Shown: one piece after another, positions 60,881 to 64,000 of the stretch
Position numbering within the stretch: position 1 is the stretch's first letter
Layout: each line of letters starts with the position of its first letter
Assembly: GCA_013239625.1 (NCBI GenBank)
Contig: MU055744.1
Coordinates: forward strand, 1,208,355-1,272,354
Length of the DNA stretch: 64,000 bases
Direction: 5' to 3'
Source: Lama guanicoe
Lineage: Eukaryota
Notes under the pieces: generated by a model
The model's input: only the letters and a program-made list of their open reading frames with translations
Told to the model about the DNA's origin: nothing
The model's database searches: none
Program-made: the position numbers and the translations under genes

Positions 60881-63800
60881 AGGGCTCACATGACCTTTGT
60901 CCTCCGAGAGTCACGCAGGTTCGCTGTTGTGTGGTTAATGGTGGAAAAAGGGGGGAGACGGTGAGACTCTTCCCCGGGCGCCGGCCGGCTCTGCCTCAGC
61001 CGTGCCACCGGGGCCCTGCCTCCGTGACTTCGGCGTGGAGGGGGCTGGGCGCTGTGGAGGCGGCTGCAACGCAAGCTCCCGTTGCTGGGGAGGGAGAACT
61101 CCTCTCCAGGAAACCGCTGTGTGGAGTCGGGCTGCCTGGCGTCCGCCTGTTTCCAGAACCAGCAGGGCCCTCCTCCTGCCGCTCTGGCCTCTGGGCGTCC
61201 CCTTCCCGCCTTCCCTTTGGGACGGGTGCAGAGAGGAGCTGATGCTTCGGGGTGCTCGAAGTTGCAGGAAAGGGTTTTCTAAACCCAGGAGGAGTGCCAG
61301 GAGGGGCAGCCCCATGTTGTCTGGGACGGACAGCAGGCGGGGGCCCCCTGGAGAGGCTGCGGGAGCCCTGGGGGCAGCCCTGTCCCCGGGAAGCTGGCCA
61401 GGCCCGCGCACTGCGCTGTCCTTCTGGGACCTTCTCTCATCCGGAGCGGGGATGGAGGGGCGGCCGGTGGGGAGGAGGGCTTCCTGTCAGACCCAGTGAG
61501 GGTCGGACCGTCGCATCCTTGGGCTCTTTGAGCTTTTGTTTCTGCAGGGCTAGAGCGAAGTCAGTGACGGCCCAGGGTGCAGCAATGTCATAGGTCCTCG
61601 GAGAGGCGGTAAACGCGCAGTCACACCGTTTTTATGAGTGATTTGTCCCTCTTCTTGCCAGCCCGCCCCGCAAGCTCCAGCAGCTCCAGCAGGAGCTGAA
61701 GGATCCAGAACGTTGGTTCCGGAAGTTTTTTGTTGGCCACCATCCCTGGTATTTTCCCGAAGGGTCACATTAAAGGTATTAGATTTCGGCTCAAACCAGT
61801 CCAGTCGGGGAAGATCGGAGCTACGGTTCAAGAGAAGGGCCTGAGACTGGAGCCAGATGCTGAGTTGGCCCGTGTGGGGAGCCGGAGACCCGGGGCCTGC
61901 TCCCTTCCCTTCTCACGTCCCCCGTGTGCCCTGTTCTGGGCGCCTGTTGGGCGCACGGGGTTCAGGAAGGGAAGGAGCGTGGGAAGGCGGAGCGGGTGGC
62001 CGGTACGAGCTGGGTCTTCCCAGGACGCCACTGTGTGGAGTCTGGTTGGAAACTTTGGCTGCAGGGCCCTGCGGTTTCCTTCTGGTTTTTAGGGCCTGGA
62101 GGTGGTAGACAGTCATCATCACGAAATGGCAGCCTCACCTCCGCCTTGTGAGCTGGGCAACCTCGGTGCACGGGACCCGTTTTGCAGAGCAGCAGGCGGA
62201 GGCTCAGAGGGTGAGCGCCGTGCACAGGGTCACATGGCCTTGGTTAGTTAGCGTCTCCTGTCTGGGAGTTTGCTACAAGCGGGGCAGGGAGGTCGTGGCC
62301 GGCTTCGCCAGCACAGTGCCTGGCCCTGGGTTTGCCGCTGGGGTCAGCTCGGCCCCATCTGCGGCCCCGGGCAGGTGGCTTTCCCTGAAGTTGATTCCCT
62401 CCCCTGGAGGATGGGAGCAGGGCCACTAAGCCCGCCGCTCGGAGCCCCACGGGCGCTGCTACGGAAGGCTCCACCCGTGGTCAGTGAGCTGGCGGGCTTC
62501 CGTCTTCCTCGGGGGCATAGTCCTCTGTGCAATGGCCACTGTCAGCATGTCTCCCACGTGGGAGTGAGACGTGTCCCCTCTTGACCTCCGGGGCCGTGGG
62601 CAGGAGGCAGGGAGGGAGGAGGGAGCCCAGGGGTGAACCCCCGCCTGCAGGAGGCCTCGGCCGGCCTCTGGTTCCGCGTGGTCCTGGGCTGTTCGTCCCA
62701 GGACCCACCGCCGACTTGCCCCCTAGCTGTCTCTCAGCGCTGGGCTCCCCTGCAGGTGTCCTCGGCCCGCCTGGCCCTCCCCGCCACTGCAGGCCCGCCC
62801 GCCCACCCACCGTCCTCGCCTCCCTGGGGCCTGTGCTCAGATCTCAGTATTTGAAACGGTGGGGCTGCCTCCCCACACGGATGCCCGCTGTCTGAGTAGG
62901 CTCCTCCCCTGCCTGGGCCGTGGGTCACCGCCCCCGGTGGGGCTGTGAGCTTCCTCCCCGTAGGGACCTTCGTGCCTTCTTTACTAACGTCTCCAGGGGC
63001 CTGGAATCCAGCTGCGGGGGCGCCAGTCTGTCCTGGTGTGAGTGCGTGGATCCTCCTGGAGGAGCCAAGAAGCTTTTGGTGGGGATGGGGTGGGGGGCAC
63101 CTTGCAGAAGGCCCTGGCACCCTCAGTGGGTCAGGAGGCCCAGGCTGGCCCAGCCGCCTCGCTGGGGCCTGGGGAGACTGGACGTCCAGGTGGCCCTCCA
63201 GGGTCTTCCCCGGGGGTGCCCCGCTGCCCACATCAGGGACCCGGGTCAGGTGAAGTCTGGCGCTGCTTCCCTGCGCCTCCCAGCCCGGCTGCCCTGCACC
63301 TGCAGCTCTGCCTGGTCAGCGCGCCTCACTCTGGCCCCTGTTTGGGTGGATTAACAACACGAGGGGATGGTCCAGGAGGCTGTCTCTCTTGCTTGAGTTA
63401 AGGAGCAGAGCGCACCTTCTAATAAGTGTGTGGAATGCTCCTGTTTATTATCCATCAGGACATTCTGCTGGGCTCAGAATCTCCCGAAGCCGTTAAACCT
63501 GCCCCTCAGCACGGCTTCGGGGACGACAGGCCACTTGTTAAGTTAGCGTGCGGGGGTAGGGGGGTGCAGTGTCCCCCCAAGGGCTGGCCTCGTCGGGAAC
63601 CACGTCCTCTGCATCCACGAGCTCTGGCTGTCTTCAGGGGCCTCAGGAAGGAAGGACGGAAACGGGGCCCAGACAGGACTCACCTCGCTCGTGTCCTGTG
63701 GCAATGGTGACACTGGGGTCGGCTCGGGTCCTGCGGACGGCAGAGATCGAGTTCTTATGTGCTTCACCTGCCCCTTCCCTTCTGCCAAGTGAGGCAGCTG

Positions 63801-64000
63801 TGTGCAGGGACAAGGCGCGGACAGCCGTGTGGAACCCCGCCACCCGCAGGCGGTCGGGAAGCTAGGCTGGAGGCCCGCGTAGAGACCAGGAGGCCGTGTG
63901 GGGGCCAGGAGGCCATGTCGGGGTCAGGAGGGCTGTCTGAGGTGAGGCCAAAAGAGGCCTGATTCAGGAGGGGAGGGCTGACCAGCAGCTCTTTAAGGAC

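Larger units (their letters stand above)
56983..64000 (+). other. VAV2: VAV2 intron 2 (partial)
   Basis: Follows the exon 2 donor; no further VAV-like peptide was recognised before the window end. Confidence 0.9.

Overview
GC-rich mammalian genomic DNA with four assembly gaps, most likely camelid (five copies of a tRNA-derived SINE resembling the camelid vic-1 family). It corresponds to the human 9q34 BRD3OS-VAV2 interval. The minus strand carries the complete 84-aa BRD3OS (LINC00094/SERLOC) microprotein ORF (1324-1578) under a CpG island at about 2.3-3.0 kb. Divergently, the plus strand carries the 5' end of VAV2: CpG-island promoter, coding exon 1 (20078-20281, 68 aa), a 36.6-kb intron 1, exon 2 (56866-56982, 39 aa) and the start of intron 2. 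Both exons encode the calponin-homology (CH) domain. The rest is intergenic or intronic sequence with decayed L1, MaLR/MLT1, ERVL, ERV1 LTR, MIR/L2, hAT-Charlie and SINE repeats. Nearly all other entries in the ORF track are GC-driven noise. No prokaryotic-type system (CRISPR, operon) is present. The most interesting observations are a K-Ras/lamin-like CaaX box (CTIM) ending the BRD3OS microprotein, a uORF plus a perfect RNA G-quadruplex just before the VAV2 AUG, an orphan intronic CpG island that could give CH-truncated VAV2, and strong local GC-shifting of old repeats. Repeat family names and gene identities come from recall of consensus sequences, not from a database search, and repeat boundaries are approximate.
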